Below are positions 20,079-30,553 of a stretch of DNA of 64,000 nucleotides, piece by piece. Position 1 is the first letter of the stretch. Every line of letters starts with the position of its first letter. The notes beneath the pieces are model-generated. The model did not search any database and had not been told where the DNA came from. It saw only the letters and a program-made list of their open reading frames with translations. The position numbers and the translations under genes were made by a program. The stretch lies in the NCBI GenBank assembly GCA_021733985.1, contig JAIPJT010000009.1, positions 4,323 through 68,322 on the forward strand, read 5' to 3'. This DNA is from Victivallales bacterium. Lineage in GTDB: Bacteria; Verrucomicrobiota; Lentisphaeria; Victivallales; GWF2-38-69.

Positions 20079-20885
20079 ATGTTAGATTTGGTGATTTTAT
20101 CTGCAGTTTTAGTTGTCTGCATGGGTATTGTCCTGGGATTGACTATTGGTATAGTAGCTAAAGTATTTGAAGTTAAACAGGATGAAAGAATTGAACTTGT
20201 TGAGGAGGAACTCCCGGGAGCAAACTGTGGCGGTTGCGGTTTTGCAGGATGTTCTGATTTTGCAAAAGCTATTGTCGGCGGCACTGCCACTCCGGATCAG
20301 TGCCCGGTCTGTGCAGAAGAGTCAGTTGAAAAAATTTCAAAGATCCTGGGACTGGAAACTGAACCCAATAAAGTAAAGAAGGTGGCGGTTGTACTTTGCG
20401 GCGGGGATAAAAATAATGCGAAGTTTGAAGCTGGATATAATGGTATAAATGACTGTAAGTCAGCTGTTTTAATAGGTTCCGGCGTAAAAGGGTGTAAATA
20501 CGGTTGTCTTGGTTTAGGTACCTGTGCAAGGGCCTGTCCCTTTAACGCTATTGAAATAAAAAATGGATTGGCTGTAGTTCATCCGGAGTTGTGTGTTGGA
20601 TGCGGAAAATGTATTGAAACCTGTCCTCGAAATTTAATTAAATTTGTTCCTGAAACTGTAAGAATACATGTTTTTTGCAATTCACCTGAAAAAGGACCGG
20701 CAAAGAAAAAAGTTTGTAGTGTGGCTTGTATCGGATGCAGAAAATGCTGGAAAAACGCAGAAGAAAATCAAATTATAATGAAAGGCTTCTTAGCCCGGGT
20801 TAATTACGATTTTCCACCTCCGCCGGAAATTGTTGAAGCTGCGGGATGTCCTACAGGCTGTTTAAGAAGGACTGATGGTGATTAA
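20079..20885 (+). CDS. rnfB: Rnf subunit B (polyferredoxin)
   Basis: N-terminal TM, LPGANCGGCGFAGC, multiple CxxCxxCxxxCP clusters. Confidence 0.95.
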   Translation: MLDLVILSAVLVVCMGIVLGLTIGIVAKVFEVKQDERIELVEEELPGANCGGCGFAGCSDFAKAIVGGTATPDQCPVCAEESVEKISKILGLETEPNKVKKVAVVLCGGDKNNAKFEAGYNGINDCKSAVLIGSGVKGCKYGCLGLGTCARACPFNAIEIKNGLAVVHPELCVGCGKCIETCPRNLIKFVPETVRIHVFCNSPEKGPAKKKVCSVACIGCRKCWKNAEENQIIMKGFLARVNYDFPPPPEIVEAAGCPTGCLRRTDGD

Positions 20886-20924
20886 TAATAATTTACATAT
20901 AAAAATTAAGGAGATATATAATAA

Positions 20925-22241
20925 ATGCCCGTTACTGTAAGATTATTTAGAGGTGGTGTTCATCCAAAAGAAGGTAAAGAGCTTTCCTGCAGTGAACCTA
21001 TCCGAACTGCTCCTTTGCTGGATAAATATACAGTAATATTACATCAGCATATCGGAGCACCTCCAAAACTGTTAGTTAAAAATAAAGATAAAGTCAGGAA
21101 AGGACAGGTGATTGCTGAAAAAGCAGGTTTTGTTTCAGCATCTGTTCATTCCCCAACAAGCGGTACAGTTAAGCTTGTTAACTGTCATGGACCGGCCGGG
21201 AGCCATACGCCGGCAGTGGAGATAACTTCGGATGGAAAAGATGAATGGGACGATTATGTGAAAAGTGATCCAGACTGGGAACAACTTGACTCTAATGAAT
21301 GCAGGAAAAGGGTTGAGCAGGCAGGTATTGTAGGTATGGGGGGTGCTGCTTTCCCGACTTCAGTTAAACTGTCACCTCCGGCTGATAAAAAAATAGACAA
21401 CTTAATACTCAATGGAGCAGAATGTGAGCCTTTCCTGACTGCAGATCACCGTTTAATGCTCGAGGAGGGCGAGAAAATATTGACCGGTGCTTCTATTTTA
21501 GGAAGAATTCTTGGCGTGGATAAGATTTCTATTGGTATTGAAAACAATAAACAGGACGCTATAGACAAACTTAGAGAAACTGCTTCAAAGTATTCCGTGG
21601 AAGTCATCCCGCTGAGAGTTATGTATCCACAGGGAGCTGAAAAACAGCTGATCTTTGCCATTACCGGCAGGGAAGTACCCTCAGGAGGTCTGCCAATGGA
21701 TGCCGGATGTGTAGTGCAGAACGTAGGTACTGCTGCGGCTGTTGCAGACGCTGTAAGAGAACGAAAGCCACTGATAGAAAGGGTAACGACTGTTACCGGT
21801 AAGCCGGTTTGTAATCCAGGGAACTGGAAGTTTAGAATAGGTACTCCGCTCAGTAAGGTTTTGGAGCTGGCAGGGGGAATTAAAAAGCAGCCGGCAAAAA
21901 TGCTTTTAGGCGGGCCGATGATGGGAATGGCTCAGTATTCACTGGAAGTAACCATAATGAAAAACGCTTCCGGAGTTTTACTTTTAGATGAAGATGAAAT
22001 TGCTCAGTTCGGTTCTCAACCATGTATACGCTGTGGGCGCTGTGTTGAAGCCTGTCCGATGTCTCTTATGCCCGGCACATTGAGCCAGATGATAGAAAGC
22101 GAGAAATTTGACCTTGCCGAGTATACAAATGTAATGGACTGCATAGAATGCGGGTCATGTGCTTACGTTTGTCCGGCATTGAGGCCTTTGGTCCAGCATA
22201 TGAAACGTGGAAAAGCCGAAGTGATAGCTAACAGAAAATAA
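20925..22241 (+). CDS. rnfC: Rnf subunit C
   Basis: GGVHP, QHIGAP, GIVGMGGAAFPT, NGAECEP, YPQGAEK, two 4Fe-4S motifs. Confidence 0.97.
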   Translation: MPVTVRLFRGGVHPKEGKELSCSEPIRTAPLLDKYTVILHQHIGAPPKLLVKNKDKVRKGQVIAEKAGFVSASVHSPTSGTVKLVNCHGPAGSHTPAVEITSDGKDEWDDYVKSDPDWEQLDSNECRKRVEQAGIVGMGGAAFPTSVKLSPPADKKIDNLILNGAECEPFLTADHRLMLEEGEKILTGASILGRILGVDKISIGIENNKQDAIDKLRETASKYSVEVIPLRVMYPQGAEKQLIFAITGREVPSGGLPMDAGCVVQNVGTAAAVADAVRERKPLIERVTTVTGKPVCNPGNWKFRIGTPLSKVLELAGGIKKQPAKMLLGGPMMGMAQYSLEVTIMKNASGVLLLDEDEIAQFGSQPCIRCGRCVEACPMSLMPGTLSQMIESEKFDLAEYTNVMDCIECGSCAYVCPALRPLVQHMKRGKAEVIANRK

Positions 22242-22278
22242 AAAATAAAGTAAAACATAATTAAAAGGTTAAAAAGTA

Positions 22279-23418
22279 ATGGCAGAAGGAAAAAAAACAG
22301 ATATCAAGTTGCCCGATCCGAGTAAACTGATAGTAAGCTCTTCTCCTCATTTGCATAATGGATCAAGTGTAAGAAAAATAATGTGGCTTGTTATTCTTGC
22401 TTTGATGCCAAGCTGCATAATGGGAGTTTATTATTTCGGATTTGCGGCATTCAGAGTGCTTGCAGTATGTGTGATTTCATCACTCATATTTGAATACATT
22501 TTTGCGAGAATGATGGGAAGAAATAATGACTGGAAAGATGGAAGTGCCATAATTACCGGACTTCTAATGGGAATGCTGCTTTCAGCGGGTATGCCTTGGT
22601 GGGTTTGTGTAATAGGATGTTTTATTGCAATTGTTTTCGGCAAGCAGGTTTATGGCGGGATCGGCTTCAATCCTTTTAATCCGGCTTGTGTAGGTAGAAT
22701 TGCCTTAATAATTGCCTTTCCCAAAATGATGACAACCTGGGTGCCTACCAGGTTTATGGATAAAAGTTTTTTTGTTTTTGATAAAAGCCTTTTATCGCCG
22801 GAGAAAATTGAACAGATAAAAGGGATGTCACATTTACCTTTTTTTCATAGTGTAATTGACGGTGTAACATGTGCCACCCCTCTTGGAGTAGTACAGACTC
22901 CTTTTAAACTTGGAACAGCTACCGAGCAGCTTGTCGGAACAGTTACTGACTGGCAGCATGTATGGCAATATGCAATAGGAAATATCGGTGGCTGTATTGG
23001 AGAAACCTCTGCAATTGCACTTATCATTGGCGGAATTTTTCTGATAGCGATGAAAGTAATAAAATGGTATATACCGGTATCTTATATCGGTACTGTAGCG
23101 GTTTTCAGTACAATAGTCCATTTTTCAATGTCGCCGCCGGCTCTTCCGGGAATGGTTTATCAGGTTCTTACAGGAGGATTGTTAATAGGAGCATTTTTTA
23201 TGGCAACAGATATGGTTACAACTCCTATGACCTGTAAAGGCGGAATAATCTTCGGTGTAGGATGCGGAATAATAACATGTGTAATTAGAAACTGGGGCGG
23301 ATACCCTGAAGGTGTAATGTTTTCCATTGTACTCATGAATGCACTTACTCCGCTGATTGACAGAGTTACTGCTAATCGTCCGTTTGGAAAGAAACAAACA
23401 TCAAAAACGGAGGCTTAA
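22279..23418 (+). CDS. rnfD: Rnf subunit D
   Basis: SSSPHL, KQVYGGIGFNPFNPA, DGVTCATPL FMN site, FFMATD, GYPEG. Confidence 0.96.
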   Translation: MAEGKKTDIKLPDPSKLIVSSSPHLHNGSSVRKIMWLVILALMPSCIMGVYYFGFAAFRVLAVCVISSLIFEYIFARMMGRNNDWKDGSAIITGLLMGMLLSAGMPWWVCVIGCFIAIVFGKQVYGGIGFNPFNPACVGRIALIIAFPKMMTTWVPTRFMDKSFFVFDKSLLSPEKIEQIKGMSHLPFFHSVIDGVTCATPLGVVQTPFKLGTATEQLVGTVTDWQHVWQYAIGNIGGCIGETSAIALIIGGIFLIAMKVIKWYIPVSYIGTVAVFSTIVHFSMSPPALPGMVYQVLTGGLLIGAFFMATDMVTTPMTCKGGIIFGVGCGIITCVIRNWGGYPEGVMFSIVLMNALTPLIDRVTANRPFGKKQTSKTEA

Positions 23419-23420
23419 AA

Positions 23421-24203
23421 ATGTCGAATCAACCTAAAAAGAAAAATGAAAGTATATTTATACTGATTATATCTTTATGTACAGTTGCAGTTGTTGCCGC
23501 TGTAGTGCTGTCTCTGGTTGCTTCAATAACTGCAGGACCAATAAAAAAAGCAAAGATTGAAACAACTGTGAGAACATTTGCAAAATTACAGCCGAATTTC
23601 GACAACGATCCGCTTACCGATAAAGCTGTTTTCAAATTAGTATCCGGAAAATGGAAAATCCAGAAAAACTTAAAAAAGGAACCGTTGGCAGCTCCGGATA
23701 TTGTTAAATTTTATCCTGCTGAAAAAGACGGAAAACTTGTTTCTATATTTGCTCAGGGGACAAGTCCGGAAGGGTATGGAGGAAACTTAACTGCTGTTGC
23801 TGCAATAACCAAAGATGGAGCAATAATTAATGTAGAAGTTACTCAAAGCCAGGAAACAGCCGGTCTAGGAACAAACGTTTATTCAAGGGAAATTACAAAA
23901 ACTATTTGGGGAATAATAAAAGGAGAGTATAAGGACACAGATACCAAACTTAATCCCAATCCTATAATGGATTTCTTCAATGGGAAAATGTATGTTCCGG
24001 ATAATGAATATACTGCAAAAGATAAATCAAATCCTGATATATTACCTGAAGAAAGATGGAAAGTTAAGAAAGATGGAGGGGAATTTAAATATATAACAGG
24101 TGCAACAATCACGAGCAGGACTGTGACTGATGCTGTAAAAAGAATGCTCCAGGCCTACTACCAGAATAAAGAACAGATATTGAAAATGTTTTCAAAAAAA
24201 TAA
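23421..24203 (+). CDS. rnfG: Rnf subunit G (FMN-binding)
   Basis: N-terminal TM, GYGG, ETAGLG, ITGATITS flavinylation motif. Confidence 0.93.
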   Translation: MSNQPKKKNESIFILIISLCTVAVVAAVVLSLVASITAGPIKKAKIETTVRTFAKLQPNFDNDPLTDKAVFKLVSGKWKIQKNLKKEPLAAPDIVKFYPAEKDGKLVSIFAQGTSPEGYGGNLTAVAAITKDGAIINVEVTQSQETAGLGTNVYSREITKTIWGIIKGEYKDTDTKLNPNPIMDFFNGKMYVPDNEYTAKDKSNPDILPEERWKVKKDGGEFKYITGATITSRTVTDAVKRMLQAYYQNKEQILKMFSKK

Positions 24204-24219
24204 ATGGTATTTTTATTGT

Positions 24220-24252
24220 ATGGACGGTTGCTCTCAGCCGTCCATTTTATTT
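24220..24252 (+). terminator. Rho-independent terminator closing the rnf operon
   Basis: ATGGACGGTTG-ctct-CAGCCGTCCAT stem followed by a T-rich tract, 17 nt after the rnfG stop. Confidence 0.85.
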
Positions 24253-24290
24253 TATACGTATAATAGATAACACCTTACTGTAGAATTTCT

Positions 24291-24593
24291 ATGACAGACT
24301 GGATAAATATTGAAAAACCATCTCCTGAAAAGATAAAAAAAGAGAAGGAAAAGGCGAGGCAGTTGAAGAAAACTAACTGGTGGCAGGAAAGGCTTAACAA
24401 AGGTTTGTGCCACTATTGTAAAAATAAATTTAAGGCTGAAGAGCTGACTATGGATCATATTGTTCCAATTTCAAGGGGGGGTAAAAGCGTTAAAGGAAAT
24501 ATTGTACCCTGCTGCAAAGACTGTAATAATAAAAAGAAATATTTAACGCCGGTTGAAATGATACTGGATGAATTAGAAAATAAAGATAAGTAG
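24291..24593 (+). CDS. Small HNH endonuclease
   Basis: CHYC...LTMDHIVPISRGGKS...NIVPCCKDCNNKK. Confidence 0.92.
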   Translation: MTDWINIEKPSPEKIKKEKEKARQLKKTNWWQERLNKGLCHYCKNKFKAEELTMDHIVPISRGGKSVKGNIVPCCKDCNNKKKYLTPVEMILDELENKDK

Positions 24594-24630
24594 GAAAAGT
24601 TCTGAGGCGTCTTTTTTCTACTGGTCCTAA

Positions 24631-25536
24631 TTATCTATTAATATCAATCCATCTTCTGTGACACCAGACCCATTGCTCGGGGTAATGTCTAATAATTTCC
24701 TCTATTGCTGTGGTAAATTGCTGACAGATATCCTTGATCTGTTCATTTTCTGAAAGTTCACTGCTTGTAGTAAACGGGCCCTTAATAATATTTTCAAAGT
24801 GTAATTTGTTGTCGAGTCTTCTGCTTACGCCTACTACTATAGGTGTATTGGTTTTAATATGTAGAAGAGCCGGAGATATATGGGTTTTAGCAGGATGGCC
24901 GAAGAAGGTTGTTTTTACTCCCAACGAACCTCCGGCATGCTGGTCTGCCAGTATACCAACAGCCTTTTCCTGTCTGATAGCTTTTATTAACGGTCTGAAT
25001 GCACGTTCTTTCGGGTAAATTGTCTGCTTGAATGATCTCCTCTTTTTTAATACATATTTACCAATTTTGTGGTTATCAAAATTTCTGAAAACACTTACGA
25101 TCGGTTTAAGTAGTATAGAACATGAAAGGCCGGCCATTTCCCAGTTTCCGAAATGGGCGCCCACAAAGATGACACTCGATTTTTTCATTTTAGTTTCAAG
25201 CATTTCTCTGCTGCCCTCTGTCCATGAAAAATGTTTATCAATGTTGTCGGGAGTAATATATTGATCGAACTTAATAGTTTCTACGCAAACCTTGCCCATA
25301 TTGATAAAACTTTTAAGCGTTATTTTCCTTGCTTCAGGCAGTGTCTGGGCAACTCCGGAGTGGATTAAATGCTGAATAGACCTCTTGCGGTGATGGGAAT
25401 CAGCAAGATATAACAGAAAGCTGAGTAGTCTGTTAAGAGCGTATGCCCATGATAATGGTAATATTCTGACAAAGCACGCAAAAAGCACAGCAAAAAAATA
25501 TTCAATATTTATAATAGTTTTGCTTTTCTTTCCCAT
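24631..25536 (-). CDS. Lipid A late acyltransferase (LpxL/HtrB family)
   Basis: AHFGNWE, LADQHAG, FFG, PEQWVWCHRRW. Confidence 0.92.
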   Translation of the reverse strand: MGKKSKTIINIEYFFAVLFACFVRILPLSWAYALNRLLSFLLYLADSHHRKRSIQHLIHSGVAQTLPEARKITLKSFINMGKVCVETIKFDQYITPDNIDKHFSWTEGSREMLETKMKKSSVIFVGAHFGNWEMAGLSCSILLKPIVSVFRNFDNHKIGKYVLKKRRSFKQTIYPKERAFRPLIKAIRQEKAVGILADQHAGGSLGVKTTFFGHPAKTHISPALLHIKTNTPIVVGVSRRLDNKLHFENIIKGPFTTSSELSENEQIKDICQQFTTAIEEIIRHYPEQWVWCHRRWIDINR

Positions 25537-25630
25537 AATTTAACGAAAACTATTTGGTGAAATTTATTTTAACGGAAAAAACAATCTTAAAAATATAATA
25601 AATATACACTTAAATAAAATTAATATCAAG

Positions 25631-27892
25631 TCATCCGCATTTGCTGTAGCCGCAGGATAAACATTTTAAACAGTTTTCCTGATTTATTAGGCTTCTTTCG
25701 TTACATACCGGGCAGAACATCCTGTTTTTTTTATTTATAGATTCGCTGTTATGCGCTTCTTTTACAATAACATTCCTGGAGTTTGAGATAAGCCCGATTG
25801 AACTAAGGTGTTCTTCTATTGTTCTGCCAATATCTGCAGCAAGTGAAGGAATGTATTTTCCTTTGCTGAAATAGCCTCCGTTCGGGTCATAGATACTTTT
25901 CAGTTCATCCACCAGAAATGATGGATTTTTTTGTGTCCTGAATACTGCTGAGATTAAACGGGTCATAGCAACCACCCAGCTGAAGTGCTGTAAATTCTTT
26001 GTATTAATAAAGAGTTCATAAGGACGCTTGGTTCCATCATCTTCAATTACGTCATTGATGGTAATATAAAGTGCATCAGGAGCAATAGGAGTTTTGATTT
26101 TGTAAGTTGTTCCATGGAGCTGATTCGGCCGTGCGAGAACTTCAACTTTTTCCTCTTTCTTTTTTGTCTTATTTTTAACCAGTACGCCGGTTATATATTC
26201 TGAAGGACGGAAGGTGGTACAGCCTTTAAGCCCTTTTTCATAAGCCATCATGTAAATGTTTTTGAATTTTTCAAAAGGGTAATCTTCAGGAATATTAATT
26301 GTTTTAGATATAGAACTGTCAACAAATTTCTGTAAAGCTCCCTGTATTGCCAAATGTTCTTCAGGTGTGACACTGTCTGCTGTAACAAAATAATCCGGAA
26401 GTTTTGAATCATCCAGAACTTCCAGCCTGCGAAATTTTAAATATTCGTGATAAGCATAATCGGTTACTTCAAATTCAGAAATATCATCTTCAGTTGTGTT
26501 TCTTACTTTTCTTTTATAATGCATTGCAAAAACCGGCTCCAATCCGCTTGATACATTTCCTGCCAGAATACTGATTGTTCCGGTGGGTGCTATAGACGTC
26601 AGGTGAGAATTTCTTATTCCGTGTTTTCTGATACTGTCTCTAATATCTTCCGGCAGTTTTCTTATAAATTCGCCCTGAAGAAATTTTTCCGGTTCGAATA
26701 ATGGGAAGGGACCTTTTTCCTTAGCAAGCTCTACACTTGTACGGTAAGCTGTGTTGGTAATTTTTTCCATTATATCCTCGGCTAATTCTATTGATTCACG
26801 AGAACCGTATTTTGTTTTCATGAAAATAAAAAGATCAGCCAATCCGGTAATTCCTAATCCGATTCTTCTTTTAGCTACCGCTTCTTCAGCCTGTGCTTCA
26901 AGCGGATAATTGCTGAGCTCAATCACATTATCTAAGAACCTTACTGCGATACCGACTGTTTTTTCTAATTTTTCGAAATCAATAGCTGCCCTTGCTGTAA
27001 AGGGGTATTTTACAAATCTTGTAAGGTTCAATGATCCAAGCAGACAGGCACCGAAAGGAGGAAGCGGCTGTTCACCGCATGGATTTGTAGCCTTTATTTT
27101 TTCGCAGTAATGAAGATTGTTCAGTTTATTAATCCTGTCTATGAGAATGAATCCAGGTTCTGCATAGTTGTAGGTGGATTTCATTATCGAATCCCAAAGT
27201 TCGGACGCATGTATAGTTTTATATACTTCCCCGTTGAATTTGAGTTCCCAGTTGTCATTATTTTTGACAGCTTCTATAAATTCATCGGTAATTCCTACGG
27301 AAAGATTAAACATTTTTAAGCTTTCACCATCCTGTTTAACTTTTATGAATTCCTGAATATCCGGATGATCGCAGCGCATAACGCCCATTTGTGCCCCTCT
27401 TCTTTGACCGGCACTCATTATTGTTCTGCATGTAGCATCCAAAACCTGCATAAAGCTGATCGGTCCGGATGCTTTTGCGCCACACCCTTGAATTGAAGAA
27501 GATTTTGGCCTTATGGAAGAAAAATCAAAACCAACACCTCCGCCCTGTTTTTGCGTTAAAGCCGCATTTTTTACTGTTTCGAAAATCCCTTCTATTGAGT
27601 CATCTATATCATTCAGCACATAACAGTTAAACATGGTAACACAGTCCAGTCCCGTTCCTGCGTTTGCTGTAATTCTGCCGGCAGGAAGAAACTTAAAATC
27701 TTCAAGTATACTGTAAAATTCTTTCTCTCTTGTTTTAGGCTCTTTTTCTTTTTCCGCTATTGCTTTTGCTACTCTTCTCCAGGTATCTTCAACTGTAAAA
27801 TCTTCTTCAAGAGTATTATTACCTTTAAATTTATATTTTCTCTGCCATATATCCTTACTGATATTATACTCAGGAAGTTTCTCTGTCATCAT
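25631..27892 (-). CDS. nrdJ: Adenosylcobalamin-dependent class II ribonucleotide reductase with C-terminal TSCPD/Zn-ribbon region
   Basis: FLPAGR, NCYV, GGGVG, RRGAQM, TNPCGEQPL, CLLGSLNL, IAPTGTIS, SISKTIN, C-terminal CPVC...CLSCGYSKCG. Confidence 0.96.
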   Translation of the reverse strand: MMTEKLPEYNISKDIWQRKYKFKGNNTLEEDFTVEDTWRRVAKAIAEKEKEPKTREKEFYSILEDFKFLPAGRITANAGTGLDCVTMFNCYVLNDIDDSIEGIFETVKNAALTQKQGGGVGFDFSSIRPKSSSIQGCGAKASGPISFMQVLDATCRTIMSAGQRRGAQMGVMRCDHPDIQEFIKVKQDGESLKMFNLSVGITDEFIEAVKNNDNWELKFNGEVYKTIHASELWDSIMKSTYNYAEPGFILIDRINKLNNLHYCEKIKATNPCGEQPLPPFGACLLGSLNLTRFVKYPFTARAAIDFEKLEKTVGIAVRFLDNVIELSNYPLEAQAEEAVAKRRIGLGITGLADLFIFMKTKYGSRESIELAEDIMEKITNTAYRTSVELAKEKGPFPLFEPEKFLQGEFIRKLPEDIRDSIRKHGIRNSHLTSIAPTGTISILAGNVSSGLEPVFAMHYKRKVRNTTEDDISEFEVTDYAYHEYLKFRRLEVLDDSKLPDYFVTADSVTPEEHLAIQGALQKFVDSSISKTINIPEDYPFEKFKNIYMMAYEKGLKGCTTFRPSEYITGVLVKNKTKKKEEKVEVLARPNQLHGTTYKIKTPIAPDALYITINDVIEDDGTKRPYELFINTKNLQHFSWVVAMTRLISAVFRTQKNPSFLVDELKSIYDPNGGYFSKGKYIPSLAADIGRTIEEHLSSIGLISNSRNVIVKEAHNSESINKKNRMFCPVCNERSLINQENCLKCLSCGYSKCG

Positions 27893-27939
27893 CTTATATC
27901 TCCTTCCAGTGTAATTTATTTGAATAATGAAATAAAGCT

Positions 27940-27986
27940 TTAGTTTATATTGTATTCAAAAGAGCTTATGGTACAAGATATAGATG
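27940..27986. promoter_or_regulatory. Tandem NrdR boxes upstream of nrdJ
   Basis: gtaCAAGATATAGatg (27971-27986) and a weaker ttagtttATATTGtat (27940-27955), 31 bp apart; compare NrdR consensus acaCwAtATaTwGtgt. Confidence 0.7.
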
Positions 27987-28139
27987 TAAACTTCAAGCGT
28001 AAAAATTAAATCAGATTCATAATTGAAGTTATCGTAAAGTTCAGGCCGGAATGTGTATTGAGTTATTGCACAATGTTTTTTTTGCTGTATAATTGTAACA
28101 GTTTATTTCAACCCACGATTTTAATTAAACTTAAGTTTT

Positions 28140-29087
28140 ATGTTTGAGTTTTGGTTACATATATTATACGGCATTTCAAAGCTTATTGCTTTTGTGGTAA
28201 TCGGAACAGCTGCAGGTTCAGTATTTGAATACAAGAACTGGACAAAGTATATTTCGTATCTAGTTAAACCGTTTTTAAAATTCAGCAGACTTCCATCGAT
28301 ATGCGGGACTTCACTCATAACCGCATTTTTTTCAAATTCTGCTTCCTCTGCAATGCTTGCCGGAGCAAATAAAGAAGGAAGCATTAACAGGCGTGAAATG
28401 ATTATAACTGGAGTATCTGCAACTTTCCCAACTCATATTTCTCATTTAACTAATGCGCTGTTTATTATCTTTCCTCTAATAGGCCCTATAGCAGTTGTCT
28501 ATTATTTAATAATATTCGCTGGAGATTTTTTAAGAACTTTGGCTGTACTTATTTATAATAGGATAGCTGTCAATGATTATATTCGCCCTCAGAATCCTCC
28601 AGTAACTGAAGTTATAGAATATTCATGGAAACAAATTCTAAAACAAACACAAAAAAGAATTATTATAATTTTAAAAAAAGTTATGATAATTTTTATACCT
28701 CTATATATATTAGTCTCATATTTGTCATATGTCGGTTTTTTTAAAACAGTTCACTGTTATACACCGGATTTTCTGAATAAATTTCTGACTCCTGAAACTG
28801 TTTCTGTGGCTGTAGGAAAGCTCGGTGGCTTAACTGCTTCTGCGACTATAGCCAATACACTTTTAAATAATTTATCGATTACCCCGCTACAGGTATTACT
28901 GGCTTTGCTGATAGGAAATATGCTCTCAATTCCTTTCAATACAATAAGGAGAAATTTACCTGCAACTTTAGCGATCTTTCCTAAAAAAGACGGCCTGTGG
29001 ATCGTATTGATTACAGAATCAATAAGATTAATAATAAATTTGCTTGTTATAATGGGTATATTTATTTTTTTATACTGGTACACTTAA
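28140..29087 (+). CDS. Membrane protein with nucleoside-recognition (Gate) domain
   Basis: Multi-TM; KPFLKFSRLP..G.SLITAFFS...AML pattern typical of Gate-domain proteins. Confidence 0.7.
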   Translation: MFEFWLHILYGISKLIAFVVIGTAAGSVFEYKNWTKYISYLVKPFLKFSRLPSICGTSLITAFFSNSASSAMLAGANKEGSINRREMIITGVSATFPTHISHLTNALFIIFPLIGPIAVVYYLIIFAGDFLRTLAVLIYNRIAVNDYIRPQNPPVTEVIEYSWKQILKQTQKRIIIILKKVMIIFIPLYILVSYLSYVGFFKTVHCYTPDFLNKFLTPETVSVAVGKLGGLTASATIANTLLNNLSITPLQVLLALLIGNMLSIPFNTIRRNLPATLAIFPKKDGLWIVLITESIRLIINLLVIMGIFIFLYWYT

Positions 29088-29107
29088 AAGGATGAACGCA
29101 TAAAAAT

Positions 29108-30553
29108 ATGAAAAATAACAAAGAAATTAGAAATTCACTTTTAACAGTTATAATAGTTGCTGCAGTAATCTGTGTAGTGTATTCCTGCTTATTTCGTATT
29201 GTTTGGTTTGATGAAGCACTCACAATTCTTGACTTTGTCAGTTTAAAAGGAAATTTTTTAAATATTTACTATAACTATGTTATCCCGAATAATCATATTG
29301 TATTTACAGTGCTTCTTAAATTATGGTTGAAATTGCAATTATTGTTTTTTCCCTTATATGATTTTTCTTTCAGACTGTTTCCAGCTTTTACTTCTGTAGT
29401 TTCAATATTATTTTTGTTTGGTTTTTACAGAAAGAAATATATGATTCTTTCTGCTTTTGCAGTTCTTCTTGCTTTTGTTTTATCTAGACCATTTGAAATA
29501 TATGCTGTTTCAATCCGCGGATATAGTTTAAGTTTTTTGTTTATTGTAATTTTAATTGAAATTTGCCGGCGGTGGGCTATTAAAAAAAATATAAAAAATG
29601 GGGTTCTGTTTTTTATATTTTCACTGCTTGCAGTTGGTTCGATACCGGTAAATATAATATTTGTTTATTCTGTAATAATTTTTTTTCTCCCTGATATTGT
29701 TGGTCGAAATAAACCTCTCACATATCGGATTGTTATTTTTATTTTGCTGCCTTTGGCGGCATTTTTACTTTTTTATCTGCCGATTTTTCAAGGGCTCTAT
29801 AGTTCATACCTTCTTAAAGAAGGCTGGAAAAGCAGTATTGGAGCATTAGTAAACATATATCTTCCTTTTTTGACAGCATTCCTGCCGGTTATACCTTTTT
29901 CAATAATTGGGAATTATTATTATAATAGGAAAAAACCTGCAGCATCTTCTATTAAATTTATTACATTGCTGATTCCTTTATTCTGTTGCAGCTTTTTTTA
30001 TCCTGCTCCTTTTCCGAGGGTTTTTTTCCCTCTCTGGCCTGTATGGATTTTAATCACAGCTGGAGGGGTGAATCATTTTTTCAGTTTTTTCAGTAAGCAA
30101 AAGAGATATAAGATTTTTTGTGTCATGATTCTCGCTATTTTGGTTTGGGGTTATTTTAAAGCTCCTGTTAATAAATTTTTATCTTCAACTTTTACGGTAA
30201 GCAAAAGTTCTGATGATTATTTTGAACCGGATTACTTAAACATCAATTCGGATAGAATTGTCGATTATTTTCTTAAAAAAGCACACCTTCTTCCGGATAA
30301 TTCAGTTTTCGTAAGTTTCAAAGCAGATAAATACAGTATTTTATTCTATGGAAAAATGTTTAAAATCGGGAATATTTTTGTGGTAGACGGGGCTAATGAA
30401 CAACTGCAGAATTTACCAAATTTAAAATATCTGGTTGTAAGAAATGATAGCGACCTAAGAAATGTAATGAGACGTTTTAAAATTGATAGGGTTTGGAAGG
30501 TGAAATCATTCGGCAGTCAGAAAGTCTTTAAAATTATACAGCCAAACCTCTAA
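29108..30553 (+). CDS. Polytopic membrane protein, GT-C glycosyltransferase-like
   Basis: WFDEA after TM1, PNNHIVFT, RGYS motifs, about 11 TM segments. Confidence 0.65.
   Translation: MKNNKEIRNSLLTVIIVAAVICVVYSCLFRIVWFDEALTILDFVSLKGNFLNIYYNYVIPNNHIVFTVLLKLWLKLQLLFFPLYDFSFRLFPAFTSVVSILFLFGFYRKKYMILSAFAVLLAFVLSRPFEIYAVSIRGYSLSFLFIVILIEICRRWAIKKNIKNGVLFFIFSLLAVGSIPVNIIFVYSVIIFFLPDIVGRNKPLTYRIVIFILLPLAAFLLFYLPIFQGLYSSYLLKEGWKSSIGALVNIYLPFLTAFLPVIPFSIIGNYYYNRKKPAASSIKFITLLIPLFCCSFFYPAPFPRVFFPLWPVWILITAGGVNHFFSFFSKQKRYKIFCVMILAILVWGYFKAPVNKFLSSTFTVSKSSDDYFEPDYLNINSDRIVDYFLKKAHLLPDNSVFVSFKADKYSILFYGKMFKIGNIFVVDGANEQLQNLPNLKYLVVRNDSDLRNVMRRFKIDRVWKVKSFGSQKVFKIIQPNL

Noticed and set aside
24291-24593. 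HNH gene as a mobile or defence element that displaced rnfE
   Set aside because: It is a small stand-alone HNH lying after the rnf terminator, with no rnfE remnant, IRs or partner genes.
27893-28139. Cobalamin riboswitch upstream of nrdJ
   Set aside because: No B12-box or GGGAA/GCCACTG core visible; NrdR-like boxes explain the region.
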